Assembly (NCBI GenBank): GCA_002104905.1
Contig: MCFE01000513.1
Span: 199-64,198, forward strand
DNA length: 64,000 bases
Reading direction: 5' to 3'
Origin: Basidiobolus meristosporus CBS 931.73
Taxonomy: Eukaryota; Fungi; Basidiobolomycota
Below are positions 26,160 through 39,559 of this stretch, in pieces. Below the pieces are notes generated by a model, which saw only the letters and a program-made list of their open reading frames with translations, had not been told where the DNA came from and did no database searches. The stretch's first letter is position 1, and each line of letters opens with the position of its first letter. Position numbers and translations under genes: made by a program.

Positions 26160-28150
26160 AGACCAGGTTGATGGCAGTACACTTCTGTATATGTATCCAA
26201 ATCTGTTACTATGGGCCCTATGCCAAGTCATAGCTCTTCTTTAGTATAACCCAGACCAAATTAAGATATTTGGGCACTACTCACTAATCTAGCAGAACTA
26301 GATACCCACAGGAGTCAACAGAGATGGATGAATCTGAATAGAAAGCTGTGACACAAGTTATTCATCAAGGTGCCAGTATATGTACATCAGAAGATATATA
26401 GCCAGACAAGTATTAAAAACCAAGAGATTTTAAATCAGTTTTTGCCTTAAATAAATTATGTAGTATGTGATATATTGGTAGAGCTAAGTGGCTTTTAAGA
26501 GCAATACACACAGGACTCTTCAAGGCAACAGTTCCAATGTATCAGACAAAGGGTAAGTGAATACCTTGAGGAATCAGGTGAGCTTCAAAAGGAAGAATAC
26601 AGACCACAAGCAATGGCATCAAGATTGTGTCAGCACACCCAGCTGGATTCCTTACGATCCCCTGCAACATTGGTGTGCCATGCATGCTAGTCTAATCTAC
26701 TCTGACACCCTGCCAAAGTGCACCCTGGTTCAAGCTAGTGTGCTTTGGAGCATATATACCCAAACTCATCAAACTGCTCATTTAGACACAGGTCTATTGG
26801 TGCACACCAAGTTGGGTCAATATGTAATATTACATCAAACTCAGCCATGGGCTATGCCAATGCATCATGTTGCACCTGCACTTGCTGGCATGCCTGAACT
26901 GTCAAAATATTAGAGACCTATATTGGAAGTGAATTGGAGAATTAGAAGATTTACATGATATTCACTTGTTGCTTTATTGCGTTACAACACAGTATTTATA
27001 CTTATTGCAGAACTATGTAAATGTACTATTTGGTAGCTGTCAGGGGAGTCTCAGGAGTACATGTGCAAGTTTCAGCTCATTTGGACAAGCTTCAAATCTT
27101 CCTAAAATTCTGTACTTCTCTGATTCCTGATAATTAGCAAATATCTTACAAACTAATTTCCAAGTTAATAATCTGAAATATATCACTTAACTTGATGCTA
27201 GTTCATAATATATTAATAATTAGGTGGATTCCTAATTATTTCAACATCAACTTCAGCTAGCTACTTCTGGTGAACTGACTGACAATGACCCTCACAAAGT
27301 GCCTGTGCCACTAGAGCCTTAGGCAAGTAACAAAACATGTCAGTATGTGCCACTTCAGGCTGGTTCTGTTATATCATCTGGAGCAATTCAGCATGGCCTA
27401 GTTCCAGCATTGCACTCATCAATAGTAGGCAAAATACTGACCACAAGCAATCAAGTAGCCAAGAAGATGGTCAACAAGGAAGTAGGTCAGGTATGCAAAG
27501 AGAATTACTACCAAATGCTTTAGTGCTACTCCCACTACAAAAAACCTTGCAGCAGAAATTGTAATCACAATGAATTGCTACCATTTGTCATGATCCAATA
27601 ATGCATTTTTTGTGTGATCCAAATCAAGCTGTTGCAAATCTGTGATCACTATGTTTGTGTTTCAAGTGAGATCAAGATTGCCTCACATTTGAGACAGAGC
27701 CCTTATGATAAACACCCGGCATATGTACACATCATATGTAATACCAGTGCAGCTATTTAATCTGATTTGCACCTACGCAATAGGATGCATGCTTACTTGA
27801 CACCTTGTCTAACTACACAGATCATGGACTTACTTGCTTAATGGGCAAAATGCAATATTTAATGGCAAATCAGGGAGCTTATGTACTGATCAATGAGCCA
27901 ATTGTTAGCTCACAGCTTCAAGATAATTTCAGACATATTAGCCATTGATACAACATTCAATTGAGGTGATAGCATTCAAAATGGTAAATATTAGAGTAGT
28001 TTATGGTGTGATATGCATTTGTATCAAAGAAACATATCCAACTACAGGAAATTACATACTACAACAAGGGTAACCAACCATGCATGTGAAGCAAACATTA
28101 CCAGCCTGCAATCATCTGTGCCAACCTCAATGTGTCAGATTATGCCATGG
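26160..28150. repeat. Old unclassified dispersed repeat relic containing a diverged copia-like LTR (~26907-27245); ends approximate
   Basis: Aligns by eye to 41640-42270, 51271-51790 and 33600-34640. Confidence 0.5.
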
Positions 28151-28189
28151 AGTACAAAACTCTCTTACATAGTGCAAATTTGTCCATGA

Positions 28190-31100
28190 GCAATCTTGCC
28201 TACTAGTAGCTATAGTACCATGCCCAATTGTTCTTTACAGCTGTGGATAGAGCTGCATGCCCTGGCACATTACAATTAGACAAGCCTACTGAGTGTACTA
28301 CTTTGGCATGAAGTAGTAGTAAGATCCCAAAGCACCCATTACTGATATCTTTAGAAGTACACCACTTCACTAGCCACAGGATTTCATCATTCACTGCAAA
28401 AAGAATTCATGGGCTCACTTGGCTCCATAAAGTATCCTTGGCCTTTTTTTCCCCACATGTAGCCTCATTGAATACTGGAGCTTGCCAGGCACATCTTGAG
28501 TGCTGCTGTGAGGTGAGTTAGAATCATAATTCATCAGTAAGCCTTGTTCATCAGAGCTATCACTATACATACTGTGTTGAGAAGGCTGAAGAGGGCCAGA
28601 AGGCTTCACAAGCTCAGCAGGCTCAGCTTGCACAAGATGACAATATGTCTAGATGCAATCATCTAAGTATCTAGTGGCCAGCCAGATATTGGTGGCATAG
28701 CAGTGTCTGATGATATACTCAAATATAACCTGTCTAGCAAAACACTGGCTATGATCCTTGCAACCATTCCTATGATGTCAGCATGAATCATGGCAGAAGG
28801 GCTAATCACAATTGCCATATGGCTGTTTTTTGCAAGTATTACAGCCTTGAAACAAAGTGGTCTTGTTCATGGGGCAAATAGCTTGACACTGAATAATATA
28901 ACTCTGGTTCATAAGTTCTTTATCAGTACTTATATGATACTAAAGCTGACCAGCATTTGCAACATTACACTGACATGAGTATAAGACTCAATAATGACAT
29001 ACCTTAGTAATGCCATAAAGGAAGCTGTGGCACCACATACACACATGTATGAAATCCTATCCCCTTAGGTATGACTCAATATAATATATATGGCAATTGC
29101 ATTTGTCACTCTTAAATTCCTGTGTAAAATCTTATTTGAGTTTTCCAACTGGCTGTAGTTTTATTTTACTTGTTGGACTAAGATTTACTCTCTGATACTG
29201 CTTTTCAAGAAGTGGCAAGTTTTTTCATTGATATTCTAACAAATGTTCTTAGTGGGATTTGTCAGAACCAGGATATTAATATTCCAGTTAGTATTGGTTA
29301 AACTGGACATATTATACTATTTGAAATTGATGGCAATTTAAACTAAATCATATAGCTACTGGTAATATTGTAGCATAAGTACCTATCAGTGACATTACTG
29401 CCACAACAAACCACAATATTTCTAATTTTATATCATACAAACATTAAACTTAATTTATTAACTGCCTTATGATTCAAGCTTGGTCTAGAGAGAACTTTTT
29501 TCATATAATTCTCAACAACAAAACTTGGTGCAGGTAGCTTGTTGTTTCAAGATAAAACAACATTGTCTGGTTCCCAATCAAACCTAACCATAGTAAACAG
29601 CCAAGAAATGTTAAACAATAGCTTGCCTTGATACAGAGTGCAACAAGCAGGTCTACATCTAGTAATTGACATATTGACAGTGTGCATAATCAAGTTAATA
29701 ATGATGACTCCTCAGGCTCTGAATCAAGTAGGCAATTGAGATTTACTGTAGAGCTGCAAGCTGTCAACAATGCTTAGGTACATGGGAATGTAGCTAATGC
29801 AGTACTTTCAGTAAAGGACCAGCAAATAATTGCCATAACATTATCACCACCCATATTGGCAAGTGTGTTGTCAGCTCTTGCCAAAGAGTTGCTGAGGCAA
29901 ATAGGGGCAATGGCTAATAGGTTAGATGTGAAGGCACAATGAAATCAGGAAATAGCTCAGCACTAGGATTCACAAATAAAAGATGTAGTGCAATTAATAC
30001 CCTAGAAAGGAAATGCAGTAACTCTGCTGCAAAGTAGGAACATGTGTAGCTCAATGTCAGAGACCAGAATTGAGCAATATCTCAATTTAGCAGCTGGGAA
30101 GCACTCTTGAGCCTCAGAAGCTCAACACTAGTGCCCAGAGATATTGCTCACAGAAATCTTATTACAGCAAGGGAGGAAAAGTTGTGATCTTTAACTAGGC
30201 CAAAAAAGCAAGAGATGTTTAAAATTGGTGACTTCATTGTTTGCAGTGATGAAGAGTTGGATAAAATTGCAGAGGCTATTAGAAGTCTAGCCTGGCATCA
30301 CCTTGACACTAGAATACTATGTTTTCATTGGAAACTCAAGGCCAAGCAGAATGAACTTAATCTGCTCTATGCGCATTGTCCTGGATCAAAGTGAGTATGC
30401 AGATCTTGGACCACAGTTAGAGTACTAACAATTTTTCTCATGAATAGCAAACACTATTACAGGCAAAAGAATAAGTGTGCCATAGTGAAAACATATGGCT
30501 TCCTCAAGTTACTGTCACAGATAGGCAAGAAAGCTCCAAATAAGCAGCAAACAAACATTGGGGAGCCAGAAGGGAGCCAGCCAAGGTTAAGCAAAATGTA
30601 CAAGATTTGTTAGTACAGCTTTTGTCTGGGAGAAAAGTACCCCAACAAACAAAGCACCAAGTCTAAGTAGAATCTATGGCTTTGCAATGATATTGGTAAG
30701 GTAAAGAAAAAATCCTACCTAAACCAGAGACAAGAGAGCATGAAAAAGAAGCTGCAATCTTGACCAACTAATGCCATCAGTTCAGAAAGAGCTCTACCCC
30801 ATACTAGTCAAGAACCACTACCATAAAGTCAACTGCCACTTTTGCAAGTGCTGGCAGCACAGTTACTTCAGCTACACTTCAGTGGGGTAAATGAGTATTC
30901 AGAAAAGACTTTTTGTCTATCACAACCTCCACATATTACATTGCAAACTATGCAGAGATCCCACTGACAGATTATATAATTACACAGTAACTCAGAAGCC
31001 CCTTACAATGCATATAGTGTAACTTGAAACATTTACAGGCACACCACAAGGTTGCTGCACTACTTGAACTACAGTGTTCAAGAAAACACACTTGATTATT

Positions 31101-32230
31101 GCAAGGGTTGAGCACAAATACCAGCAGAGGAGGTGTTTGACCTTACATTGATAGCTGAAACTAGGATTCATAGGGCCTGAGAAGAATAATGATACAAGGC
31201 TGTAGGGTTTCTGCCAGAATCATTGCATGGTGGTGCTATGGCAAATGCATTGTTGTATATAGCTTAAGTGTAGGTGTTGCTACTTGGTTGCTTGTTATAG
31301 TTGTCATCATATATGATAGCAAAGCTTGCAGCTTATTGATACTAAATGCAATACTATATAGTCACAGAATGTTGCAGGACCATATGATCAGCTTTTGTTG
31401 GGACAGTACTGGAGTATATTAAGAGTGTTAATAATGTTTTTCACCTAAAGTAGTGGATTTCTGCAAGTTGGACCCTTGCAAAGGTGGCATTCTCTGATTT
31501 GTAGGCCTTACAATTTTTGCTGCAAGCTAGTGTCAGCATGGTCTCAGGGTCATACAATTCCTGCTACATGATGGCTGTCCATCTATTTTAGGTGCATAGT
31601 GGGTTGCATCCTGAGACAGCTTTGGCAAAAAGTAGCAGTTAATCCTTGAGGCAAACATAACTAATACAGGTAGAACCATACCACATCTCTAGCCAGAACA
31701 TATATTCATTTGTCTGCAAATGGACTACAGGCCTCACTTGGCTCCATAAAGTAATCTTGACATTTTCTTCCACAGGTGTTATATCAATGCATATTAGGGT
31801 TTTGTGTTCTCATACAAAGTACCTTTTTGATGCAATATAGGCTTACAATTCTTTAAAGAACCTTCTGCTTCAGAGTTATTACTCTGCATGCTGTATCCGG
31901 TAGGCTGAGGTGCACCAAAAGGCATCAGGAAGCCACTAGACTAAATTTGCCCAAAGTGACAAGGGCAGCTAGCTACTATTCAGGAAGTAGTTAGTAGCTG
32001 GTGCAATATTATTATATAGTGGCAACTAGACTTGCTCTATCACATAGTACCACTTTGAGCCATCAATGCCAAATAGTGCTAAAGGGCACCAAAGAAGCGT
32101 AGCACTTGTTCTAGGCTTCACAATGTGAAACATAACTCTACTTCTTTATGTTACATGGCCCTGTGTGTCACAACTATAATCATCAAATATCTGCCTATTA
32201 GCTGCTTCAGAGTATTACAGTACCATATTT
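28190..32230. mobile_element. Heavily decayed relics of the EnSpm-like family (transposase 5' ends on minus at ~28190-28650 and ~31700-31950; ORF-X relic on plus at ~29500-31190)
   Basis: ORF 28203-28394 (ILWLVKWCTSKDISNGCFGILLLL) is homologous to the transposase N-terminus; 29700-31150 aligns to 15890-17600. Confidence 0.6.
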
Positions 32231-32439
32231 ATGGTACCTTGTAGATATGTGTGATGCTGCCTAACTGCTGTGACTTGACTCAACCCATACTTCTGCATAA
32301 ACTAATTAACTATTCCAATTGCCACTGCATAGTAATTCAAATTATGGTAGGGATCTGATTGACAGATGCTCTACCACTGGGTATGTATTTCTTTATGCTA
32401 ATGCAGTTATTACTTGGAATTGCAATAAATAACCAACTA

Positions 32440-33110
32440 TAGCCTTATCTAAAACTGAAGTTGAATCTATGGCCACTTGTTATGCAACTAGGGAGACTAT
32501 ATGTATACAGCTACAAAAATATCTCAAAGACTTATGCAGTAAATCAGATATACCAACATATGTTTATAAAGATAATCAAAGCTGTCTCTTGTTATCTAGA
32601 AATTCTACCATCCATGGCAGAACTAAGCAGATGGGTACACAATACCACTTTGTGAGGGAAGCTGTAAAAAAGAATTAGTGTTATGATCTGACGCTTGAAT
32701 GTTTAAGTGAGATCATTTTTTAGTCAAATCAATTAGTCATATGTTTAGGTTATCAGTATATCAGTATTATCTATCAAATCAGTAGCATTAGTCAGCAAAT
32801 GAATCAGCAGATCCTTATCAGACGGAAATGGAGATATCAAGTAGGATTTTATTGGGTGATGATGATGCAATCAAATGGGCCATCAGCCACAACCTACATT
32901 AGGAAATATAATTAGTCAGCAATTGATCTGGCAAAATGCCTATAAGGAGCTGCTGGAACCGCAATAAAGATCAGTTCAAGTTTTAGTGAATACACTACTA
33001 GCTAAGCTCCCTATTCCTCTACAACTCTTAAACCAAGACTTGTAACATTAGTAGAGTTACATTAGTATGGAACATTTTGCTGATTACTCTGGGATATGGG
33101 AGTTGATTGG
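32440..33110 (+). pseudogene. copia-type RNase H relic split by a solo LTR; ends approximate
   Basis: ORF 32469-32678 (YKDNQSC...HGRTKQMGTQYHFVREAV). Confidence 0.65.
32679..33047 (+). mobile_element. Solo LTR of the gypsy F/G family, 4-bp TSD TTAG
   Basis: TG...CA ends; TTAG at 32675-32678 and 33048-33051; reverse complement of 20934-21305. Confidence 0.88.
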
Positions 33111-33129
33111 AGCTTCCAATCCTAGTATT

Positions 33130-34640
33130 CCAAGCTTGCTCTAAGTCATTCATAAGCACTGCAAGATGGCTCCCCATTGCTATCAGCTTGGAATGAAAGC
33201 TTCTAAGACTTTTGTTGCCATGGATGGTGGGATGAAACCTTAGTGATTGGGCTTGGGTGATTTGAATCAATTTAGCACAACCAGCTTTATTTATTGATAT
33301 TCCATGCATTATGATTGGATCTCCATCAATTGCCATGCATCCCATCATTATGTTGCAAAAATCATCCTCAAACAATGACTGGTATTTATACTGATGCTTT
33401 ACTCACAAGTCTATAATCAAATAGGAAATCTGCAATTGATGTGATCCAATAAATTTTAATACAATTCATGATGCATCATGCATAATATGTGGAAAATTCA
33501 ACATTCACCTTGGTTTTCATTGATATTTTATATAAGACCAGATTGATACCAATACACTACTGTAAAAGTATCTAAATCCATCACTATTGTCCTTATACCA
33601 AGTCTCAACTCATCATTTGTATAACTCAGACAAAGCTCACAAGCACGGTCTTGACCAGAGAAATTGATGTTGGATCCAATTGTGTTCTTGCCAAATAATT
33701 TTAGTATAGCTCAAGTGTCTATGATGAGCCTTCATACAGATATATAGTCCTTACTCATTAATCCAGCAGTAGCATTGTCAAAGCAATTAAGCATGGCTAA
33801 GCTGCAGCTTCACACTAATCAAATAGGAGGCAGAATACTAACTACAAATACACAAATAGCCAAGGGGATAGTCAGCCAGGAAGTAGTTTAGGTGTGTAAA
33901 GGGAATTACTACTAAATACCTCAGTAGTTTTCCCTGTGAGAAAAAGAACCTAGGAGAAGATGATGCAATGACATTGAATTGCCATATTTTGTCATGAAGC
34001 AAGCAGCACATTCTTTTTGCAATCCAAATCAAGCCATTGCAAATCAGTGATCACCAATTCTTGATATAGGCAATATCAATGTTGTCTCAGATTTGACACA
34101 TAACCTCTATAAATAAACTTCCTGCATATATATACATCATCTGCAACACCAGTGCAGCCATTTGATCTATTTTACTTCTATCTGATTGGTTTCATGCTAG
34201 CTATGACACCTTATCCCATCACTGGGATCCAGGAACTACTTGCTCAATGGGCAAAGTGGGATATTTGATGGCAAATCAGGTAGCTTGTGTATTGGTCAAA
34301 GAGCCAACTGGGGGCTGACATCTTCAGGATACTTTTGGATCAATTAACCACTGAGATGCCATCCAACTGGAGTGAATGTTACCAAATGGTAAGTATCAGT
34401 GTAGTTCATATTGTGATACGCATTTACTTTCATTTACATTGAAGAAACATATCCAAATACCAGATTGTATCTACCATAATAGCAGTATCCAATTGCAAGT
34501 GTGATGCAAATATTACAAGTTGGTGGAATCATCTGAGCTAACCTCATCATGTCAGATTGTGCCATAGTGTGCAAGATTGTCCCACATGGTGTAAAACTGT
34601 CCAAGAGTAATGCTGCCTACTGGTAGCTATAATATTGCAC
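33130..34640. repeat. Old unclassified dispersed repeat relic (same family as 19100-19560, 26160-28150, 41243-42270); ends approximate
   Basis: Shared blocks such as ctccatcaattgcca...ttgcaaaaatcatcctc.aacaatgact. Confidence 0.5.
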
Positions 34641-34649
34641 CTGATTGCT

Positions 34650-35551
34650 CTTAAAGATTGCAGATTGTGCTACATGCTCTGGCACCGTACAATGGAATAA
34701 TTCTTATCTCTAAGTACAAGATCTTCCCAGATATTACCTGGACTCTCCACTAGTTGGTAAGTTTCAAATGGACATTCTCTGATGATCTTGAAAGGTCCTG
34801 TCCATTGGGTCTCAAACTTCTTCTGAGTGTTATTTTGCAGCAATACAAAGATCTTAACTCTCAATGGTTCTGGTGATATATTCCTATCAAATCTCTGCTT
34901 CATCTTTTCTACACTTTTATATATTCTGGCCTGTGCCTCTTAACATCTTTGTTCCAGCTGCTGGTGACTACTTGGCTGACTGAGCTCATCTTCTAAGGCA
35001 TCTGTAAGCTTTGGTTGTGTGAAATCTTCTGAAATCCTTGGCTTACATCCATACACTTAGTAATATGACAATTGCTTAGTGGTGTTGTGCACTCTAACTC
35101 TGTATGCAAAGAGTGCATGGTCTATATACTCATCCCATCTACTGACAGCTTCATTTGCATACTTGGTCAGCATTTTTCCATATAATCCATTAAACTGCTC
35201 AGTGACTTCATTAGTACTAGGATAATATGCCAAGGTTTTTGAGTGTCTGATGTGCTGCATTTCCAGGTAAGCTTCCAATGTCTTTGCTATAGACTTTGCT
35301 CCTCTATGAAGTTGAATCTCTACAGGGCATCTAAACTTCATAAGGATCTCATGGTAGATGAAACTTGCAACTTCTTGTTCACTGGGTACAGGTACTGCTT
35401 TAGCCACTGGCCATTTAGTGGCATGGTGAATTGCTACTAGAATCCAATGGTTGCATTTCCTGGTAGTTAGCAATCTTCCAATAAAGTCAGTTCCCCACCT
35501 TTCAAATGGTCTTATTGGCTCCAAGGGAAAGAGTTTGGCAAATCTCTGTGG
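34650..35551 (-). pseudogene. gypsy F-family integrase fragment
   Basis: ORFs 35057-35524 and 34670-34903 are homologous to 21358-22254. Confidence 0.85.
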
Positions 35552-35735
35552 CAGACTCTAAGTCATTCATACCCTCTGCAAGGTGGCTCTCCATTGCTGT
35601 CAGTTGGGAATGAAAGCTTCTAGGACTTCTATTACTATGAGTAGTTGATGAAACCTTGTAGGGCAATAGTTCTTGTGGTAGCAGAGATGCTTCACAAGGG
35701 ATCTCCTTGAGTAGAATGGGGCAGATGGTCCACAG

Positions 35736-36111
35736 TGTGAGTACAAAATGTAATACCCACTCTTTGCCCAAGAACTCCTCCAGAGTCCTACCTAAAGTCT
35801 CTCCAGTATCCTCCCTTTGAATCCCACATACTTTGTTCCTCTTATTCCTGTCCTTACCTAGTTAGACAATTACCATAGTAGGAAGGTGCTCACACCCCTA
35901 TTTTGTAACACATTGTCTATTACCCAAGCCTCTCTCAGTGAGATATATATAAATCCAACTGAGATAAGTGCAAGGGGATGAGCTTCATAACATAATCAAT
36001 ATAAGTCTTTATTACCTTGCTACCTTCTATTGGAAGCTATTTTGTGCCAAGTGGTACTAACTTGACCTAAAAGCTCTCCCAACTACCAGGTACACTCAGT
36101 AATAACCCACA
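35736..36111 (+). repeat. 5' LTR of element C (376 bp)
   Basis: Direct repeat of 40863-41237, clearly diverged. Confidence 0.85.
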
Positions 36112-36153
36112 GATTTGGTACCATCTCTGCAGAATTATGCACAAGTGAGGTCA

Positions 36154-37061
36154 TGACTACTACAATAAAGCTGAGAGCATGCAAAGGAAAGAGAGAGAGA
36201 GCCCTTGAGCGGTTCAACAAGTTTGAGAGAGTTGCAGTTGATGCAGGATGGGACCACAATAGGAAAGTAAGGGAGTTTACAAGAAGTATGGAAGGGTCAG
36301 CATGGTGATGGTGTTATGGAATGGAAGATGCAATTAAAGGTGACTGGCATGTACTGGAAGAAGCCTACATGGCATGATTTCTCTATGCCAAGGGATATCA
36401 CTATGATGCCCTTCTACTGTCCTCACAAAAAGGAGTAGTGAGCTACAAAGACTACACAGAGCTATATCTGCAGCTTGCTTGATGTCTCCCAAAGGACAAA
36501 ATGGTCAAACAACAGCTCATGAGGTATTAAATCATGGGCTTAGACAACAAAATAAGATGCAGGGTATTCAAAGAGCAACAGGGATGTAAAATGCTACAAG
36601 AGCTAGTCAAACAAGTAAGAGGGGTCATCTTGCTATGGGGGCTACCCCATAGTCATATGGGCAATAGAAGAACAGGGATCCCCCGTCAGATAGGAAAAAT
36701 TACCTTCCCAAGTAACTGTGAGTCAGAGGAATTACAACAAGAGGTCCAAGAACTCTCAATCAATAATGTCCAAGAAGCCCCCAAAGAAGGCAATACACTT
36801 TGGGAAGCTGTTGTAGGTCAAAAGGCCCAAATACAAGCCCTGACCCAACAGATGGAACAACCACAGCAATGGTTTCCATGCTATGTATGCGGAGAAATAA
36901 GTCACAGAGCCCGCACATGTGAACAGTGGTATGAACAAGAACCAGTACTGGCAACAAAGGAGAAGAAGGTGTCAAAAACAGAGTCCCTTGCTAGGAGGCC
37001 AACAGACTCAATCAGTTTAAGCCCTCTTGTCAGAACAGTCCAAGTGCGGAAGAAGTATTGA
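36154..37061 (+). pseudogene. gag: gag of element C with CCHC knuckle
   Basis: CYVCGEISHRARTC; retrotransposon-gag-like N-terminus with TGA stops and a frameshift. Confidence 0.75.
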
Positions 37062-37174
37062 CATCATGCTTCTAGAGAGCAGGTGAAGGAGCCAGTGGGA
37101 CTAAAGACTTCACCAGCCATATAGCATGTTGGGCCCTTTGACTACAGCAATACAACTTTGAGATAATTCACCAC

Positions 37175-38244
37175 TGTGGTGGTGTATAAGTCCAAGGGAG
37201 AGATATGTCCAACACTTCTGAAGTGTTTTGTGTGTGGGGTGCTCAATGGGTGCAATAACCTCCAGCAAAAGCTTGCTAGAAATACCTGGGTTTTGTCTCT
37301 ACACTAAAGTGAAGGGGATCAAAGCCACAAGCTTGTCAAGGGAGAACTACTGAGCAACAATCCCCAACTTGGTTGGTGTCTTAGCAAAAGTATGTGCTGG
37401 GCTCAACATCCTTTGAGATGACAATGTACTAAAGCTTCAAAGTCAAAACAACTGTAATATCCACCAGCAGGGACTTGATAAGAATGCAGCTGTGGACAAT
37501 AGTTACAAAGACAGAGAAGTATCTTTGCCTGTACATGAACAAACTTGGGAAAGAATCAAATGTAATAAAAGATACCTACTCTGAGTATTCCTCACAAGTA
37601 GTGCCTCCAAGGTCTATTGGCTGTCAGCATGGTTTCCTGGGAGTATCCTGTGGTCTGGGGTTGGAAGCTCTGGTAGAAGCAGGTAGCAGTGATCACACTA
37701 ATCAACAAGTTGGTATATGGATAAAAGGGATGATGATATACCGTCGAGGGATTGCCTCCTGTATATACTTTTCTCACTGGCTAAGCAAATAATAATCATG
37801 ATGTTCCAGAAGGTTCCAGATATCAATAGAAATCTTAATGACATTAGAATGAGCTAGGAGTACTCTAAGTAGGTGCCAGAAGGTTCTAAGAGGCAAAGCA
37901 CATCCAATCAATCAGGAATCAGTACTCTGAGATCTGTGTAGCATAGGGATACCATGTATGGTATGGAAACAGTAGGGATGGTAACACAGGTTAACCATGT
38001 GTCATAGGTGCTGGCATGGGTCCTTGCCCAATATAGAAGCACTTACAGCTAGTAATCTTACATAAGGTGAGAGACAACTTATGCAATAAGGTAAGCAGGT
38101 GTGATAGTCAGCCAGCTTATGGGATAGTACTTGTCAAGTAATACAAATGGGATAAAACTAAAATATGTATAATAGAGAAATAGAGAAGTAGAAAATATGG
38201 GAATGAGTACATCTGTTGGTGAGTGTCATTGTGTCCCCACTACA
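37175..38244 (-). mobile_element. Solo LTR (1070 bp), same family as 14197-15266; TSD CCAC/CCAT
   Basis: TG...CA ends; it interrupts the RNase H tail LQQYNFEIIHH|AGKKHQDADFL. Confidence 0.88.
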
Positions 38245-38449
38245 CCATGCTGGCAAGAAACATCAGGATGCAGACTTCCTTGGTTGCTATCCCATTTGCC
38301 AAATATGTATCAGTGATGATTACAAGGATGTAATATGCTTTAAAAAGAAGGGGAAGTATCCTAAATAAATTTTATAAACAAACAGAAGAGAGAATTTGAA
38401 AGGAAACAGTGTCAGTACAAAGTATAAGAAAATCACATATGGTTCCTTC

Positions 38450-39500
38450 AAGGACAGTTCAGAGCCAAGGTTCCCTGCTAGCTGCCTGCAAAGATGTCAT
38501 ACAAGAAAGGCATATGTCATTTGGGCATGCTAACCCCCTAACAATGTATAAACTGTTATGAAAGACATTTTTTTGGAAAACAATGATGACCAATGTTACA
38601 AATACATTACAAAGATGCACCACTTGCAAAAGACTCAACCGGAGTCAGAAGATAGGGACTACTGCACCAATACCAGTTGACCTACCCTTGCACTAAGTAG
38701 GGATTGACTTTGTTGGCCTGCTTATGAAAGCAAAAAAAGAGAACAATACATAATAAATGCTACCATTATTTTGCAAAGTGGGTAGGAGCCCAAGCCATCC
38801 AAAATAAAGATCAGTAGACAGTCACCCTTCTCATTCTAGAACACCTCATCAGCTGGCATGGATATCATCAGATACTCCTGTCCAACAATAGCGGTTTCTT
38901 CCTGAGCAAAACCGTGACCTACCTGGGCAAAAAGATGGGCATGAAACAGGTCCTCATGGCCACACATTACCCCCAGACTAATGGACTAAGCAGGAGGATG
39001 AACCAGACATGTTGCCTCATACTAGAGAAGCCTCACTGTGAACTTCCCCAATCATGGGCCAAGCTGCTCTCACTGACACTCCTAGCAATGTGCACCATAC
39101 CAAATAAAGCAATAGGTTTCTCCCCATATGTAATCCTATGTGGACAAGGCCCAAGTGGCATGAAGAAGCTGGATTGACAATGGAAGGTGCCCCCCTGACA
39201 ACACAGAGCAACTATGTAGAAAGGTTGATACACTGTATTGCTCACCTATACATAAAGGTATTCAAAAATGCTAACAAACACCCTCCCCCACCACCCAAAA
39301 GCAAGATACTAACAAGACACAAATGGAAACCAGGCAATAAGGTGTGGTATGACCAAACTGTTGCAGGCCTCAAGTTTTGCCCACAATTTACACCCTAATG
39401 GATTGGCCATTGCACTGTTATCAGTTTAGACCATGGACCAAAATACACCATTACCCTGAACAACAAGACAGTCAGCAACATAGTTCCAGCCCATCTGAAG
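38450..39500 (+). pseudogene. Integrase of element C, decayed; ends approximate
   Basis: H..FGH...CTTC zinc motif, VGIDFVG, HYPQTNGL. Confidence 0.8.
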
Positions 39501-39559
39501 CTATATCATGATGATCTACCAATCATCACCAAGACCAAAGCATGCTTAAGCAATTATCA

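Noticed and set aside
34110-34180. Peptide FLHIYTSSATPVQPFDLF resembling pogo/DDE_1 or hAT motifs in the old repeat
   Set aside because: The similarity is weak and not retained in the paralog at ~27720, so it is insufficient to classify the family.
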